The translations under genes and the position numbers were made by a program. The notes beneath the pieces were generated by a model, which saw only the letters and a list, made by a program, of their open reading frames with translations, was not told the DNA's origin and searched no databases. From Heteronotia binoei (Eukaryota), in contig NC_083223.1 of assembly GCF_032191835.1 (NCBI RefSeq), positions 229,524,001-229,588,000 on the forward strand: DNA of 64,000 nucleotides, written 5' to 3'. This document shows, piece after piece, positions 51,032-64,000 of the stretch (positions are counted from its first letter, which is position 1; each line of letters opens with the position of its first letter).

Positions 51032-52340
51032 CTTAAAAAAAAATGAGTTTGGGGGAAGTTAATATTGGAGACAAAACACAGAACTGGTTCCAATACTTGC
51101 TTATACAAATTTGTTCAACCCTTCTGCCTGTACTACCTGAGTTTTCATGCAAGATGGCAGTGAAAGCTCCATAAGGCAGCTAATAATGTCATCAGGGCAT
51201 GTGGACCCAGAGTAAGGTTTATTGGTTATTATTTCTTTAGAACATTCATGTACCATTTGTATATTGAAATTATGCTCAAAGTAGGTTAAATTAAACCACA
51301 ACAGATAACGATACATGATAAAAGACAGCATGACAATAAACCAAGACAGAACCATCACATAGAAGGAAGCAATACAAATCAGAAACTTAAAGGAAATCTC
51401 AATTAACAGAAAAAACACCCCAAATCCCCAAAAGTGGTCAAATTTAGTGCAGACAGGAGAGGAGACAAAAATAATTTTAATAAATTGGTTTGGGAGCAAG
51501 ATTAAATGTGGGTTATGTATCCATATAGACTGATTCTCACTGGTCTTAACTCAAGCATGGGCACAATGCTTCCAACATCTAGAGCCCTCACCTTTGCCCA
51601 GCCTTACTCTGCACTTGTCCCCTGTCAATCTAAGCTGACTAGTACACAGCACCTGGATTATATCTTCAGCATTCTAAACCATGAAGATAATAAATCTGGC
51701 ACAGAATTAAGCATGATTCTCTCCCCCCCACAGCTGATTTTTAAGGATGCTTAAATTCATGTAACTGCAGCTGTATGCTGGGCTTCCTCTTCACAAGTTC
51801 TGCTCTGAGCTGTTGTGCGGATGAGGAAATGCAATTATATTTAAGTGCACTCGCAGCAGTAAGAATAGAAAAATTGCTGGTGTTACTATAGCACTTTTTG
51901 TCAAATAAATTCTGAACTTGCTTTTCATTTAAAAAAATGAATGACATTCTGTGAACTTTATGAAAGCACTAAGGCATGGGGAGGGGAGTTTTTGTGGAAA
52001 CACTGAGAAGTACCTCCCCTTTTAGAAACCAGAGGTGAGCACTCTGCAAGGAGGTGAACGTGTTTTCCCATTCAGAGTGAGGAAAATGCTGATCAAGGAA
52101 GGATTTCTCTCCTTCTCAGTTGACTTTGTGATCACTGTACACACAAATCTGATTGGCTATGCAGAACTACTCACTATTAAGATGGCTGTGATCACTGTTC
52201 TTATGAAGAGCCAGGATTTTTTAATGGTTCTGACACAGAAACCAATCAGGGAATAGAGAATGAAATAATTACATGTGAATGGGAGATGATGGGAATGCTT
52301 CCCCTTGCAAATATTTAGTGCTGAACTACTTGATAGCTTG

Positions 52341-52768
52341 GAGTCAAGCTGCACCTTTAAGACCAACTTAGTTTTATTTAGAATGCAAACTTTCGTGTGC
52401 TCTCTAGGCACACTTCATCAGACAAGGAATCCAGTACAGTGAGCAAACCACACATAGCTGGTAATCAGTGGCTCAGAATGCAAAATGGTACAAATTTAAG
52501 ATTTAGGTAATGACAGAATAGTAAAATTAACAAATTGAGCAAACCTTTGATATGAGTAGCATAAGCATGCAAAAGCAATAAAACAGTAATAACTATTGCT
52601 TTTGCATGCTCATGCTACTCAGATCAAAGGATTCCTTGTCTGATGAAGTGTGCTTAGAGAGCACACGAAAGCTTACATTCTAAATAAAACTAAGTTGGTC
52701 TTAAAGGTGCAACTTGACTCCAATTTTGTTCTACTATACTTCAGACCTACACAGCTGACTACTTGGAT
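52341..52768. mobile_element. Penelope-like element remnant: two inverted pseudo-LTRs
   Basis: 52341-52432 is the reverse complement of about 52627-52720. 15-bp flanking duplication CTACTTGATAGCTTG (52326-52340, 52769-52783). Hammerhead cores in both arms. Confidence 0.82.
52629..52690 (+). ncRNA. Minimal type I hammerhead ribozyme motif (Penelope type)
   Basis: CTGATGA (52640-52646), extra A, stem II GTGTGCT/AGCACAC, GAAA (52667-52670), palindromic AGCT helix III, and stem I TGT/ACA. Confidence 0.7.
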
Positions 52769-53813
52769 CTACTTGATAGCTTGAATTCAACTGAGGAATA
52801 AACTTTTTAAAAAATGGAGCAGCCATCCTCAAGAAATGATGTATAATGATGTATAATACAATGATGTATAATACACAGACTACATACAGTTGTCAACAGG
52901 CCTGTGCACAAGTCTGGTGATATCATGGCAGTGTTGCAGAAGGAAGAATGCCATTTGGTTGTATCATATAACTTCTGTTAGCACAAGTCACATATTTTGT
53001 TTGGAAATCACTCAGACCTACCACATCAATTCCATATGTCCAGATTACTTAATCAGGACCTGAAGGTGTTTGTTCATCCTTAGTGACTTTAAAGCCACAA
53101 ACCAGGAACTGGCGGGGGAGAGGGGAGATCATTATGCAGACATTATCTCTCATTGTCTGAGACTAGTGTTGCCAGGTTGCTCAGACCTGCCAGTGGGGAA
53201 TGGGAGGTGAATTTACTGGAAGTGGGAAGGAGCCCTGAAAATAAACACAACATGCCTATGTGACCAGGAAGTGATGTAGGCACTTCAGGGATGTTGGGTG
53301 GTGATGTTCTGGTTTTGGGACAAATCTCTATGGTAAAATTAGCTTCTACTATAGAGTTTTGCCCAAACACCAGAATGTCACCCCTGACATCACCAATGTG
53401 CCTACATCACTTCCAGGTCATGTAGGCATGCCATGTTTATTTCTAACTTACCTATTTGGGGGTAATTGGGGGAGCAGAAAGGTGTGCTCACAATGGGGTA
53501 ACCCCATCTGCACTGCGGGAGGGGGATCTGGCATCTCTATCTGAGACAGAGATTTGTGATCTCTGTTCAGTTCCTTGGACTATCTGACTCTGGCCCTCTT
53601 TAGTATTTGGCCAGTTCAGCCAATAGGAACCACAATAGTTCTTAGGATAAGAGCAGCTTAGTGGCAGAAAAAGGTCCTTCTGGTCAATCAGCCTCTCTGT
53701 GATGTGCAGGCAGATCAGCCAATCATTGCCTTTATTGTGTCTACCACAAAAATCACTGTATTGGATTAGATTGAATGAAGGTAAGATAAGTCAATATTCA
53801 TGTTTATTATTAC

Positions 53814-53936
53814 CTGTCATGGCTTGTTGGTCATCCACCATTAACTTTAAGCTTTTTCCACGTCGAACCACACGTACCGTGTGCCACTCATTGTCATTGA
53901 GGTTATAGCCAGCAAAAAGGGTTTCTGGACCTTTGC
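53814..53936 (-). CDS. NRXN1: Neurexin-1-alpha internal coding exon (123 nt; LNS4, directly after alternative splice site SS3)
   Basis: Not in the ORF track; translated by hand: [40 protein letters not shown](G). Acceptor TACAG|GC, donor ACAG|GTA. In frame with the 51031 exon. Confidence 0.96.
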
Positions 53937-55832
53937 CTGTAGGGTATGCCAAACAGTTATTATGGAATCTTTAACTCAGTCAACATGTGAACCTCACAGA
54001 GAGAGAGAAAGAGAGAAAAGGAGACAGAGAGAAACAGAAGAAAGAAACTGGCTGGAACAAACATTTAATATATATCTATATATATATATATTGAAAGACA
54101 CAACAAGCTGGAAAAATATCAAAGGATATGCAAGCTTCAAATTATAAGTATGTTATTTTACAACATTCACAGAATAGATTTTAAAATTCACAAAGTTGGC
54201 AAATTGGCTTTTCATAAATGGGCACAGTCAATACAGAAGTAGTTATAAATTTCAAAGGTTTGTTTAGGCTGCGCTTGTTCAGACAAAGGTTCTAAATTGG
54301 TACTAAGAAATTAACTCTGTTCTGGAGTTGAATATTTATTTTTATTTATTTTATCAGATTTATATCCTGCCCTCCCCTAACGGGCTTTTTTTTTGTAGCC
54401 CTTCCCCCTCCCCCCCAAAAAATAGTTAAAGGTGGTGTGTGAGAGAGATATTATTGTTTATGCTGCACTCATGCAGTAATTCTGCTGCATTAATAAAAGA
54501 TGTTTAATTAAAACCATACTGGTTATTTAATGAAATCTTTTGACCATCCTTTCAATACACTTCAGCCATAATATCTGAATGGAGAGGATCATAGGAGGCT
54601 TATGAGCGGGTCATAAATCTATCAGTAGAATTCTGACCTCTAGATAAGGGGAGCCATTCTGCTTTCTGTGTGGCTGAGAGGATAGTGATATGCCAAGAAT
54701 GAAGCAAAGCACCAGAGCATTATTGCACAGAAACTGGAGGCACCCTGGTCTTTTCATTGGGTAGACAGCATCCAAGTTCACATGCACACTACAGCTTTGT
54801 TCATACATTAGAGTGAATGCATACACATCCTTTGTATTTGTAAGAAAGAGCCAACACCCATTCATTTAATATTGAGTTTAAATCATACATTCAGCTGTAC
54901 ATGTGCTGAATGTAACATGAAACCCTTTTCAGTCACTACATTTTATCATGTATATCAGCATTTTATCTGCAAAGGGCAACAAACATAATTTCAGCCTTAA
55001 TACACATGTATCAGAACCCTGATCTTCCAGGGTTCTTGTTCACATGTACTGAAGTTGAAAATATGTACATGGGAAAATTTCATGTAGTGCATTGCCTTCA
55101 TACATATGTTAAAATATGACTGAGAAGGGCTAGAAAATTTCTCAAAGTGTATACAGTGAAAAATCAAATGTACACTTCTCACAGATTGTTCTTGCATCAC
55201 TGTACTGCGAGAGTATAGCCTATGCCTATCAGGAACAGAAATGCAGGGCACTATTTTTTTGTTTGCTCAAATTTTACATCACTTTGCAGTCTGGACCAGG
55301 ACAACCATGGCTTTCATTGGTGCCTTGAGAGGGAGTGTGGAAGCCAGGAAGCAGGGGCATGAAGAAGGGAGGATGCTGGGGCGGCCTTCTTCCTCCTTTC
55401 TCTGCCTCCTGCTTGCCACTCAACCAAAGCAGCCTATTATGGAGGGGTGGTGTCACCATCAGGCCACCACTGCTGAGTGGCAAGTCAGAGGAGGCAGAAG
55501 GAAAATAAATAAGCAGATTGTCCAAGGTTCCACCTTGTAGTCTTATACCTACAATCTGTCTGCACACTGCTCCTCTTGATTGTAACCGAACTGTGGATTC
55601 TAGATCTGGTAGAAAGATTTATATAACCTGCAGTAAATAATCCAGGCATCAATCAAACTGTGAAGAAAGTTTCTAGTTCCCATACTTGTAGACAAAATCT
55701 TTGAGAAATGTGACTTTTAAAATGTACTCTCAACTGGGAGTTTGTATCTTCTTTCAGTTTCCCTGGAACTTTGAATGAAACCAAAAAGACCATTTCAGGA
55801 TGCTCAGAACCAGAATATGCATGTAGTCTTAA

Positions 55833-56555
55833 ATCATAGAATAGAATCATAGAGTTGAAAGGTACCTCTAGGGTCATCTAGTCCAACCCCCTGCACAATG
55901 TAGGAAACTCACAAACACTTCCCCCTAAATTCACAGGATCTTCATTGCTGTCAGATGGCCATCTAGCCTCTGTTTAAAAACCTCCAAGGAAGGAGAGCCC
56001 ACCACCTCACGAAAAAGCCTGTTCTAACAGTCAGGAAGTTCTTCCTAATGTTGAGCCGGAAACTCTTTTGATTTAATTTCAACCCATTGGTTCTGGTCCT
56101 ACCTTCCGGGGCCACAGAAAACAATTCCACACCATCCTCTATATGACAGCCCTTCAAGTACTCGATGGTGATCATATCACCTCTGAGCCGCCTCCTCTCC
56201 AGGCTAAACATGCCCAGATCCTTCAACCTTTCCTCATAGTACTAGGTCTCCAGACCACTCACCATCCTCCTACGGACCCGTTCCAGCTTGTCTATATACT
56301 TCTTAAAATGTGGTGCCCAAAACTGAACACAATACTCCAGATGAGGTCTTACCAGAGCAGAGTAAAGCAATACCATCACATCATGTGATCTGGACACTAA
56401 ACTTCTGTTGATACAGCCCAAAATTGCATTTGCCTTTTTAGCCACCGCATCACACTGTTGACTCATGTTCAGAGTATGATCCACTAAGACCTCTAGATCC
56501 TTTTTGCACATACTACTGCTAAGACAAGTCTCCCCCATTCTATAACCATGCATGG
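55833..56555 (-). mobile_element. CR1 3' fragment
   Basis: [30 protein letters not shown]; tail CTATGATTCTATTCTATGAT. Confidence 0.9.
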
Positions 56556-57049
56556 GAGCTCATTCATTGTATTTTAATTAAGTGGCAAGTATGACACTAA
56601 ACTCAGTATTGGTCAACTTGCACAGAAGTGCTGTGTTTACTGCCCCCATCCTGAAGAGAGAGCTATGTGTGGAAGCAGGCTTTCATTTATGCCACTGATG
56701 CAAACACAGCTTGATTCTGGATGCACATCTGTATTGCAATGCTCTTTCAGGGTCTGTTGACAAGGCTGGCTGACCCTTATGATACAGATGGGGATACACA
56801 AGTAGTATCACATGTCTAGTTTCACTAGACTAGAGCTGCATGATTGAGCAGATGAAATGTTCTGGTTGCCCTCACAGATGATCTCAAATCTTTCGTTTCT
56901 GGGCAAGGTGACTGAGAGAGTGGCAGCAAAACAGTTACAGTTCTGGGATGACATATTGGTGCTAGACCCACCCCAACCATGGGATGAAGATGACTCTGGT
57001 TGCCCTTACAGATGATCTCCACTTACAGGGTGGCACTTGGAAAGAGGTT

Positions 57050-58500
57050 CTCAACTAGGCACCCTCTAGTGTGTGGGGTTCCTCAGGGCCAGTCCTCTCT
57101 CCAATGTCTTTAGCATCTACATGCACCTCCTTGCCCAACTGATGTGGAGTTTTGGCTGGCCAACAGCTGTATCTTTGGATGGATACCTGGCCAAATACTG
57201 CTCCAGCAAATTTGTCTGAGGGTTTGGAGGCTGTGGTGGGTTGGTTAAAGCAGAGCCAGCTGAGACAGAATCCGACTAAGATTAAAGGTCTGTGGCTGGG
57301 AAGGGAGGACTCAGGGTTGGAATGCCATCTCCTACCTCTTAATGGTGTGCCCTTGACACCAGCACCAACTGCCAAGAGCCTAGATGTGATTCTGGACATC
57401 TCCTTATCAATGGATGCCGAGATCATAAATGTTGCCAGACTGGCATTTTTTTTTTCAGCTCTGCTAGGCCACGCAATTGGCCCTCTACTTGTCTTGTCCT
57501 GACTTTAAAAAGGTAAAGGTAGTCTGCTGTGCAAGTACTGATTTGTTACCAACCCATGGGGTGTCGTCACATCAGGACATTTTCTTGGCAGACTTTTTAT
57601 GGGGTGATTTGCCACTGCCTTCCCCAGACATCTACACTTTACCCCCAGCAAGCTGGGTTCTCATTTTACTGACCTCGGAAGGATGGAAGGCTGAGTCAAC
57701 CTCGAGCTCACTACCTGAACCCAGCTTCCACCAGGATTGAACTCAGGTTGCAAGCAGAGCTTGGATTGTAGTACTGCAGCTTACCACTCTGCACCATAGG
57801 GCTCTCTACCTTGACTTAACCACTATAATTCATGCAATGGTCACATCCAAACTGGACTATTGTAACTCACTCTACATGGGGCTACCCCTGAATCTGACCC
57901 GGAAACTCCAGCTGACCCAAAACACAGCGGCATGAGTCCCAACAAAGACCCCACATACTGATCATATCCATCTTGTGCTTCATGAGCTGCACTGACTTTC
58001 AGTGGAGTATTGGATCAGGTTCAAGGTTATGGTTCTAACCTTTAAGGCCCTATGCTGTCAGGGACCCATGTATCTTTGGAAATGCCTCTCCTGGTATATC
58101 CCCCAAAGGGCATTACACTCTGCTCAGAAGAACCTGCTGGAGGAACCTGACTCAAGAGACATCTGGCTGTCCTTTACCAGGACTAGGCATTTTCAGTCCT
58201 GGCCTCTACCTGATGGAACTCTCTGCCAAATAACATCTGTGCCCTATGGGACTAAATACAGTTCCACAGGGCTTACAAGGCAGATATGTTCTGCCAGGTG
58301 TTTGGTTGAGGACAGCAGTGTTTTTTTTAATCTGTCTGGCATTTCTACTTTCCCTGCCTCTCCCCTCCCCACAAGGCAGCTTTACCATCAACTGATTGAT
58401 ATTACTGAATTTTATGATTTTATTGTATTTTATGAGTATTTTTATATATACCACCCTGAGCTCTGTCCTATGGGGGAGGGCAATTTAAAAATTGAATGAA
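57050..58500 (+). mobile_element. Decayed L2 LINE interrupted by a Sauria SINE
   Basis: GVPQG-like start, LRQNPTK, LDYCNSLY-like segment, IRFKVMVLTFKAL; (AAAT)n tail near 58495. Confidence 0.8.
57508..57805 (-). mobile_element. Sauria SINE
   Basis: (ACCTTT)2 tail and the same core as 44086-44351. Confidence 0.82.
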
Positions 58501-60919
58501 ATAAATAATACATAAATGCTGAAATGTAGTAGGAATACCAGAAAATTAATGTTGGGCCTCTGGATTTGTTTCTAGCTGTTACAGTGCACATTAAATTGTC
58601 ATTTTAGATTCATAATTTCATTAGCTGTTTATTCATTAGAATGCAGCTGAACATTTAAGCCTATATCCAAGAAAGATCACACTGGATTATTTGTATATCA
58701 TGGCATTTTAGCCAATCATCTAGGATTAAACAAAAACTATGCATATTGACCTAGGAATTTACTGAAATACCCTTTCTGACACACAGGCTGGGTACCAATG
58801 GGCAGCTTGAAGCAGCAGCCTCTTGGCTCAGGAAAAAGCCAGCATAGGTTGAGGCGCTGCAGGGCAGTCAGACAGTGCGTTTCCTGCTGCCAGGGAAGGG
58901 ACGGGCTGTGTGTGCCCCCATGGAGTGGTCACATCACTCGGGTGCTTGCGATGAACTTCCCTGCAGCTCCCAGGCCGTTCAGATGACAGGGAAAGGCGAC
59001 AGGGAAGTACTTCAGAGATTTACCACCAGTTAGGAACTGGTAGCTTTTTAAAACAGGAAAAAGACAGTGGAGGATGAGGTAAGGGTGGGAGTGAGGCAGG
59101 ACCCAGATGTGTGTGTCTGAATGCACCATTTTAATCCAAACATGGGGGGTGCCTATCAGCCCAAATTGACCATCTGAATTCAGCCTCAGTGTACATTCTA
59201 CAACATTATGTGAAGGCCAAGTATAATACATGAACATTCACATTTCAGTTTTATATTTGTATATGTCTGTGTAAATCATAAATGATAACATTCTATTCAA
59301 TACATTCACAATTACCTCTCATTTTTTAGGGAAGACTAGCTGCCTTTGTAGCAGTGTATGCCCTTGATCCAGCCTATAAAAACATCAAGTTCAGCAGCCT
59401 ATTATAATATGGTGTGATCCTTATTGGATTCCTTAAAATAATGTCTCTGTGGTAATGATTTGGTCATTTAGTTTTACTGTGGCTGTCTGGTAATGTACAC
59501 TTTTGTGATTAATGGGCCAGATATAATGGGTACACTAAAATAACTGCACAGTTGCCCAAACAAATGGTACATTTGCACTTGCCTATTCATTTACATAGCT
59601 TTCTATGTATTTATTAGCATAACATTGTCAGGACTTGAGATAGCAATGTTGAATTGCTAAAATATCTGTGGCTTCCTTTCTTGCAATTACAAATATAACT
59701 GTTTTCAGCAGACTTTTCCCTAAAAAAATTCTTTGCTAGGAAAAAAATAATCCCCTTCCCCAGAATTATTTCTTTGAATTGTTGTCAGACTTTCTGTCTC
59801 TGAGGAATCTCTTTCTGTATTTACTTGTTTGTTGAGGAACCAGTGCATTTCCTCACCTGCATATCATAGAGATTTGTGGAGAGTGTTCTGTGGCACCAAC
59901 TTAATTCATGCAGGTTGCTGGATGGGCATCAGTGCCATTCTACATGAATTGAGAGTATACCCTGAAACACCCAGCATTCCACTGAAGCTGCACATTGCAG
60001 GGTGAGATCAACAGCACGGACAATCTTATAAATAACTAAAATATCCAGGACAACAGCTTGGAATTCAAACCAAATATAACCCTTAATTGTAGGCCTGTTA
60101 AAAATCAGATTGATCTTCATGTCACTTGACCGCACGGGAAGCTGCTCCTATGCAGTAATTTTACAAACTTGATTGTAATGACTAGTGAATCATGCCATGC
60201 TGTTTCTGCCACTTGAATATAGACCATCTATGCCAGCACTGGATGGTCCTATAGGTGAGCCTTGTAAATAAAATGAAAATGGGCTGTGACTTTTGACTCC
60301 ACAGGAATTTCTATAAAATCTTACCTGCTTCAGCAGAGCCTCAAATGAGACACAGGCAAGACCTCACTATTTAATTAGCATTCACAGTAAGACTTTGCCT
60401 ATAAGTGATGTACTTATGTCAGAACTCATCAGGTTATTATAAACAAAACATTAAATCATAGGGTTGCCACAGCTGAAAAGAGCAATGATGGTAAGTGGGG
60501 TCACGGACAAGGAAATAAAAGAAGACTAAAGATGGCAGCCAGTAAAAAACAAATTGGCACTGAAGAGATTCCAAATGACATGAATGTGTTCTCAACAAAT
60601 GTTGAGAAATGCTAAGAGTTTTCAATATTCATGAAAACAATCACAAAAGTGGTAAAGTGGTTTTAGCTCAATTCAGTCTACAGCCAAGCACAGAAAGCTG
60701 TCACACAGATGTCGGATGAATCAACAAGACTGCTTTGGAGTAAGAAGACTGAAGGGCTGCAGCTTATGATGTCTAATAAGCATGGATAATAGAAACAGAA
60801 CAACTCCTGTGACCTGTTCAAGAGGTATTTATGGATAACTGTGCCTGATTTGTCCAGTATTAGAAAGGCATGCATTGTTGGTTCACATAGACATTCTTGC
60901 ATCTACACCAGGCTAGATC

Positions 60920-61670
60920 ACTAGCTCCCTATCTGCCTCGCCAAGACATGGCCACAGTGATCCATGCTATGGTCATGTATTACAGTAACTTGCTCTAAGA
61001 AGGGCTTCCATTAAGGCTGATCCAGAAATTGCAGCTGGTTCAGTATGCAGTTGCATGGGTCCTCATGAGTACCCCGCTGAAGGTACATGTTCAACCAGTG
61101 CTCCGCCAGCTACACTGGCTTCCAGTTGAATACTTGTTCAGGTTTAAGGTTTTGGTCCTTTATTTAATTAATTTATATCCCCGCAAAGCAGGCTCAGGGC
61201 AGCTTACATAGCCATGCAAATACATGGAACATAAAACCACATTTAAAATATAAAAGACACAAAAACATAAAGACATAAAACCATTTCAGGTACTATAGTG
61301 ATCTTTAAATTTCCATTTGTTATTCCAGATGGATGTTCTTATGGAAAGACCAATCTTAGGTTCTTGTTCAAGGTGGCCCAGTTGTTTCGGGGTCTGTTGC
61401 AGCCTGCGGCCTTAATTTCCAAGTGCCTGGTGGAAGAGCTCCGTTTTACAGGCCCTGCAGAATTGTGTGAGCTCTCGCAGGGCCTTAACCTCCTCAGGGA
61501 GCTCATTCCACCAGCTTGGAGCTGCAACAGAAAAGGAGAACATGTGAGGAAAGGTGGTCCCTAAGGTATGCAGGTCCCTGGCCATATAGGGCTTTAAACG
61601 TAACAACTAGCACCTTGAAACGGATCCGGTATGTCAGGGGCAGCCAATGGTAGCTCTCCAGATGTTTTTT
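60920..61670. mobile_element. Two L2 fragments in opposite orientation (about 60920-61160 plus, about 61160-61670 minus)
   Basis: LQLVQYAVAW...LHWLPVEYLFRFKVLVL on plus; HWLPLTYRIRFKVLVVTFKALYG on minus. Confidence 0.75.
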
Positions 61671-61678
61671 GCCTACAA

Positions 61679-61845
61679 CAGACAGGTTAAAACGGATAAA
61701 AGGAAGTACTTCTTCACCCAAAGGGTGATTAACATGTAGACTTCACTGCCACAGGAGGTGGTGGCGGCCACAAGCATGGTCACCTTCAAGAGGGGTTTAG
61801 ATAAAAATATGGAGCAGAGATCCATCAGTGGCTATTAGCCACAAT
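61679..61845 (+). mobile_element. Short CR1 3' fragment ending in (TG)n
   Basis: Nearly identical to the reverse complement of about 37735-37885 and similar to 45390-45550. Confidence 0.85.
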
Positions 61846-61887
61846 GTGTGTGTGTGTGTATACACACACACACAAACATATATATAA

Positions 61888-62364
61888 ATGGAGGTTACCA
61901 GCATCGAGGCACTGCTGTTGAAGACGCAGCTGCGCTGGGCAGGGCATATTTCTAGGATGGAAAACCACCGCCTTCCCAAGATTGCCCTGTATGGCGAACT
62001 CTCCACCGGCCATCGAAATAGAGGGGCACCAAAGAAGAGGTACAAGGACTCCTTGAAGAAATCCCTTGGCACCTGTCGCATCAACCATCACCAGTGGTCT
62101 GATCTAGCCTCAGATCGCAAAGCATGGAGGCACACCATCCACCAGGCTTTTGAGAACGCACGCATAGCTGGTCTTGAGGACAAAAGGAGATTGAGGAAGA
62201 ATCGCACTGCTACAGCACCAACCCTAAATCAGACTTTTCCTTGCAGCCACTGTGGCCGGACCTGCCTGTCCCGCATTGGTCTTGTCAGCCACCAGCGAGC
62301 CTGCAGCAGACGTGGACTATTGCACCCTTCTTAAATCTTCGTTCGCGAAGTCAAGCCGAGAGAG
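61888..62364 (+). mobile_element. RTE-clade (RTE-1-like) LINE 3' fragment
   Basis: LRWAGHISRMENHRLPKIALYGEL...RGAPKKRYKDSLK and C-terminal CSHCGRTCLSRIGLVSHQRAC. CpG-rich and stop-free. Confidence 0.88.
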
Positions 62365-64000
62365 TATGTATATTGGTTATCACCTAGAAGAATGGGCTAC
62401 AGCAATGGAACTCATGGGCAATATGAAGCCATTGATAATTAAGCAACTTTGTTAAGCAAAAATGGAGGAAGGAATAATAATGTTGTAAGCAGCTTTGGGG
62501 TCCACACTGAGGAGGGAAAAGCAGGGTATAATAATCTAAATAAACAAACAAGCTAAGAAACTAATGCATTTTCACCAGTCCTTTGCCTTTCCAGAATGTG
62601 TAATCTGCGCAGGGAGAAATACAATACAATTGTTTTGCACAGATGGAGCTTCATTTGTTACAGAAGAGGGGGAAAAAATCAAAACAAAACTAAAAGCATG
62701 CCTTGATTAAAATTTGGTAGTACCACCTGAGACCATATAAAATTGCTTCAAGGGCCAAATCTGGCCTATAAATTGCCATCTGGCCATCCGTGTGCTACAG
62801 AATATAATTTTTATGTAGCAGTCAAAGCTTCCTTGCTGAAATAAATAATAATAAAAACCCTAGGACATTGGTCTGTTTTAAAAAGACCTATGAAGTAGTG
62901 TTATATTGAATGGTGTGTTAATTGAAACCCACACTGTTTTCTTCCATTCCTGAATTTCTCAAGGGATTGTTATTCTGCTAACACTTACAATGGGGCTATG
63001 GTACACATCTGCAATGTATCTGGTCAGAGCCCCAAAACATTTTGACTTCATTCAAATGAATGGCACTAGAAACGTGGCACAAGAACAAACTCAAACTGTG
63101 TACTACACTTCTGTAGCACTGAAGCTAAAATGGCTGTTTCATAACATGTATACCTCATGCAGTTAGATATACAGTATTCCACTAATGACAATCATGCTTT
63201 CTTATTTGCCTGGAGGAATGCTGTTCTCTGGAATGCTCTCTTTCTCGTATTACACAAAATTCCATTTCAACAAGACTAAAGATTTACATAGTGAGAAGCA
63301 CAAAAAAATCAGTTTTTTAAAACTTTATCGACCAACAAACATAACCATCCTAAAAAGAATTATATCCTTCGACGGCCATTAAAGTTAATGGATTTAAAAG
63401 AGCATATCTCAGCTTGGGATGGCACTTAAACACACATACACACACAAACACAAAAAAAATTCCTGAAATCTGAGTCAACCAAATTAAAGCTCAGAAACAG
63501 ATACATTATTATATACACGATTATCTGGATTCTATGACTTCTTCTGAATGAGGAGTTTTTACCTAACATATAATTTCCTCCTCTGAAGAGCAATCTTTAC
63601 TTAGTGGTAGGGAGTTTTTGGCAACAACCCAATATGTAAAATTTTACTAGATATTTACAGCCAATTTTTTTGATTATTATTTTAAGCTAAAAAGCAAAAT
63701 GTAGGTCCTCTCCATATACAGTCTCTCTATTCCATCTGGGCTACTATTCCTGTCCAGCAAGCTCTCTGATCTTCATGAGCTTTCCCACCATAGCACACCT
63801 GTCCTGATAAATGAAGGACCTTGCAAAGCACCTATCTTTCCCATTGACTCCTTGTTCCCTTATTATCCTGTTTATTCTAGGACTTACGGGATAGAAAGAA
63901 AGATGCTGCTTATGAGGTACTGTAGACAGAAGCTGATAAAATCAGGTAGTTAGGCTGTGAATAGAGCAGGCTAGTTTGCAGGAGGAAAGTCTAGTGAAGA

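Noticed and set aside
53937-64000. NRXN1 SS3 mini-exon (27 nt, DCIRINCNS)
   Set aside because: No match found by eye; it probably lies beyond 64000. A very diverged copy cannot be fully excluded.

Overview
Vertebrate genomic DNA, most likely from a squamate; the SINE/MITE content looks gecko-like, but that is inference. The window lies inside the neurexin-1 (NRXN1, alpha isoform) gene on the minus strand. Four coding exons have exact GT-AG boundaries (53936-53814, 51031-50650, 49203-49013, 7653-7480; 123, 382, 191 and 174 nt) and splice in frame to encode the end of LNS4 and all of LNS5. The rest is intron packed with transposons. The largest are a young Tf1/sushi-type Ty3/Gypsy chromovirus (10230-16099) and, next to it, an older RT-deleted Ty1/Copia element (16342-19845) nested in a hAT MITE. 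There is also a solo LTR, plus CR1, L2, RTE and RTE-X-like LINE pieces, Sauria/Squam SINEs, hAT and Harbinger MITEs, and Penelope-derived fold-backs. The most notable signals are RNA-structural: an 11-nt tRNA-independent self-priming signature and a PEG10-like -1 frameshift slippery site with pseudoknot in the Gypsy element, a half-tRNAiMet primer site in the Copia element, minimal hammerhead ribozyme cores in the Penelope pieces, and several long near-perfect hairpins within the NRXN1 pre-mRNA. No database searches were run; family names rest on recalled motifs.
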